A stretch of 64,000 nt of DNA, taken from Gemmatimonadales bacterium (GTDB taxonomy: Bacteria; Gemmatimonadota; Gemmatimonadetes; Gemmatimonadales; GWC2-71-9). Location: positions 171,304 to 235,303 of the forward strand of contig DASSYA010000017.1 in the NCBI GenBank assembly GCA_035703525.1. The letters are read 5' to 3'. The position numbers were made by a program, and so were the translations under genes. Each line of letters starts with the position of its first letter. Position 1 is the first letter of the stretch. The notes below the pieces were generated by a model, which was not told the DNA's origin, searched no databases, and was given only the letters and a program-made list of their open reading frames with translations. Of this stretch, positions 62,928-64,000 are shown piece after piece.

Positions 62928-64000
62928 ATGAAGCGTCGATTCACCGTCAGCCTCACGATCTGTGGCGTCCTTCTGGCTGCCGCGTGCGCCGACTCCCCGA
63001 CCCGGATCGGTTTCGGTCCTCCGAGCAGGATCGAGGTCGTTTCCGGTGGCGCTCAGTCACAGTTGGCGGGATACCCGCTCGATCAGGCTGTCGTACTGCG
63101 TGTGGTCGACGAGCGCGGCCTGCCAGTCGCGGGGGTGCCACTCACGGTATCGACCGTCACACCTGCCGCGCAGCTCTTCCTGGATACCAAGACAACTGAT
63201 CAGCAGGGGAAGCTCTCATTCCATTGGCGGCTGGGCGCAGTACTCGGCCAACAGGTGGTACGGATCGAGGCGCCTGGTGTGGCCAGTGGCATGTCGACCC
63301 AGGTCTCGGCGAGCGCAACCGGGAGCGCGGTCCGCGCGATCTCCGGCGGATCGCCAGGACTGTGTGCGGTCTATTCCGATGGCCGAATCGGCTGCTGGAA
63401 GGTCGACCGCGGCATCCCGACAGCCCCTCCCACCGTCCATCCGGTCGAGACCACGCTCCGGTTCACATCCCTCACCCTGATCACAACCCCTGCGTCCGAC
63501 ACTCCCGCCAAGGGATGTGCGATCGCGGAGTCGGGGCGAGTCTGGTGCTTCGATCTTGATCAGGATCACTGGACCGTGGACAACATGCGCGAGGTCCCCG
63601 GAGACTACGACAACATGCAATCGCTGGAGAGTGCCCGGAACGGGGGCACGAGCTCGTTCGGTGGCGGCTTCTGCGGGCTGGATCGCGAGGGACATGCCTG
63701 GTGTTGGGGAGAGAACGTGCATGACCGGCTCGGCTTCCCGAACATTGGACCGATCCCAGTGGCCACACGGGTTCCGATCCCGGGAACGCTGTCAACGCTC
63801 TCCCTCGCCCTCACCCACGGGTGTGCCACACAGGTCGATGGCAGAACTTGGTGCTGGGGCTCGAACGCCACCGGTGAGCTCGGACGGGCGGGTACGGACC
63901 AGGACCCGATCGACCTGGCCCCGATGCCGATTGATTCACCGCTCCGGTTCGAGCGGGTGTTGACGATCTATCTCGGCAGCTGCGGGATCACGGTGGCTGA
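62928..64000 (+). CDS. lipoprotein with Ig-like (Big) N-terminal domain and RCC1-like repeats; 3'-truncated by window end
   Basis: Not in the ORF track because it has no stop. I translated it by hand from ATG 62928 with no stop through 64000. Lipobox LLAAAC, a Big-like segment (VVSGGAQSQLAGYPLDQAVVLRVVDERGLPVAGVPLTV), and RCC1-like repeats (HAWCWGENVHDRLG, RTWCWGSNATGELG). Confidence 0.65.
   Translation, partial: MKRRFTVSLTICGVLLAAACADSPTRIGFGPPSRIEVVSGGAQSQLAGYPLDQAVVLRVVDERGLPVAGVPLTVSTVTPAAQLFLDTKTTDQQGKLSFHWRLGAVLGQQVVRIEAPGVASGMSTQVSASATGSAVRAISGGSPGLCAVYSDGRIGCWKVDRGIPTAPPTVHPVETTLRFTSLTLITTPASDTPAKGCAIAESGRVWCFDLDQDHWTVDNMREVPGDYDNMQSLESARNGGTSSFGGGFCGLDREGHAWCWGENVHDRLGFPNIGPIPVATRVPIPGTLSTLSLALTHGCATQVDGRTWCWGSNATGELGRAGTDQDPIDLAPMPIDSPLRFERVLTIYLGSCGITVA

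Overview
This is a 64-kb, very GC-rich (about 70% by eye, not computed), gene-dense chromosomal segment from a diderm bacterium. The gene content and kinase/OMP style suggest a Gemmatimonadota-like organism, but that is inference only. Coding content is mostly housekeeping:
- acnA, a short sigma-70 family factor, split transhydrogenase pntAA-pntAB-pntB, and thrA-thrB-thrC.
- An MshEN-domain GT2 polysaccharide synthase with a small lipoprotein.
- DPP-IV, a peroxiredoxin, a PQQ sugar dehydrogenase, metX-metB, ettA, an M1 peptidase and several hydrolases.
- A copper/efflux island: PCu(A)C, CopC, an OmpR/HK pair, OMF-MFP-RND and a PepSY protein.
- A glycogen cluster: glgP-glgA plus three tandem GH57 genes.
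- A Ser/Thr kinase with TPR repeats, and aguB-aguA.
- An ECF sigma/anti-sigma module with three DUF4097 (Toastrack) paralogs, a Tat-signal amidase, and a 3'-truncated Big/RCC1-like lipoprotein ORF that is missing from the ORF track.

I saw no rRNA, tRNA, CRISPR, transposase/integrase or recognisable defence genes. The structure the genes do not explain is mostly non-coding:
1. A family of palindromes built from tandem 7-nt repeats (GAGAAGY)n/(RCTTCTC)n that abut stop codons. There are three full copies, one of them strongly expanded and carrying a G-quadruplex motif.
2. A related (CCGACYN)n heptad array in two places: in frame inside metB, and as inverted arms around a small membrane-protein gene.
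3. A duplicated 16-mer/hairpin block between metB and the next gene.
4. An exactly duplicated ECF-type promoter (TGCAACC-N17-GTCCAAG) linking the ECF sigma to the DUF4097 genes.
5. A structured metX leader.
6. Several probable leaderless starts.
7. An SD-positioned ATC start for the response regulator.

CDS coordinates come from the ORF track with starts re-derived by codon arithmetic. Non-CDS coordinates were hand-counted and may be off by 1-2 nt. No folding, database search or statistics were run.
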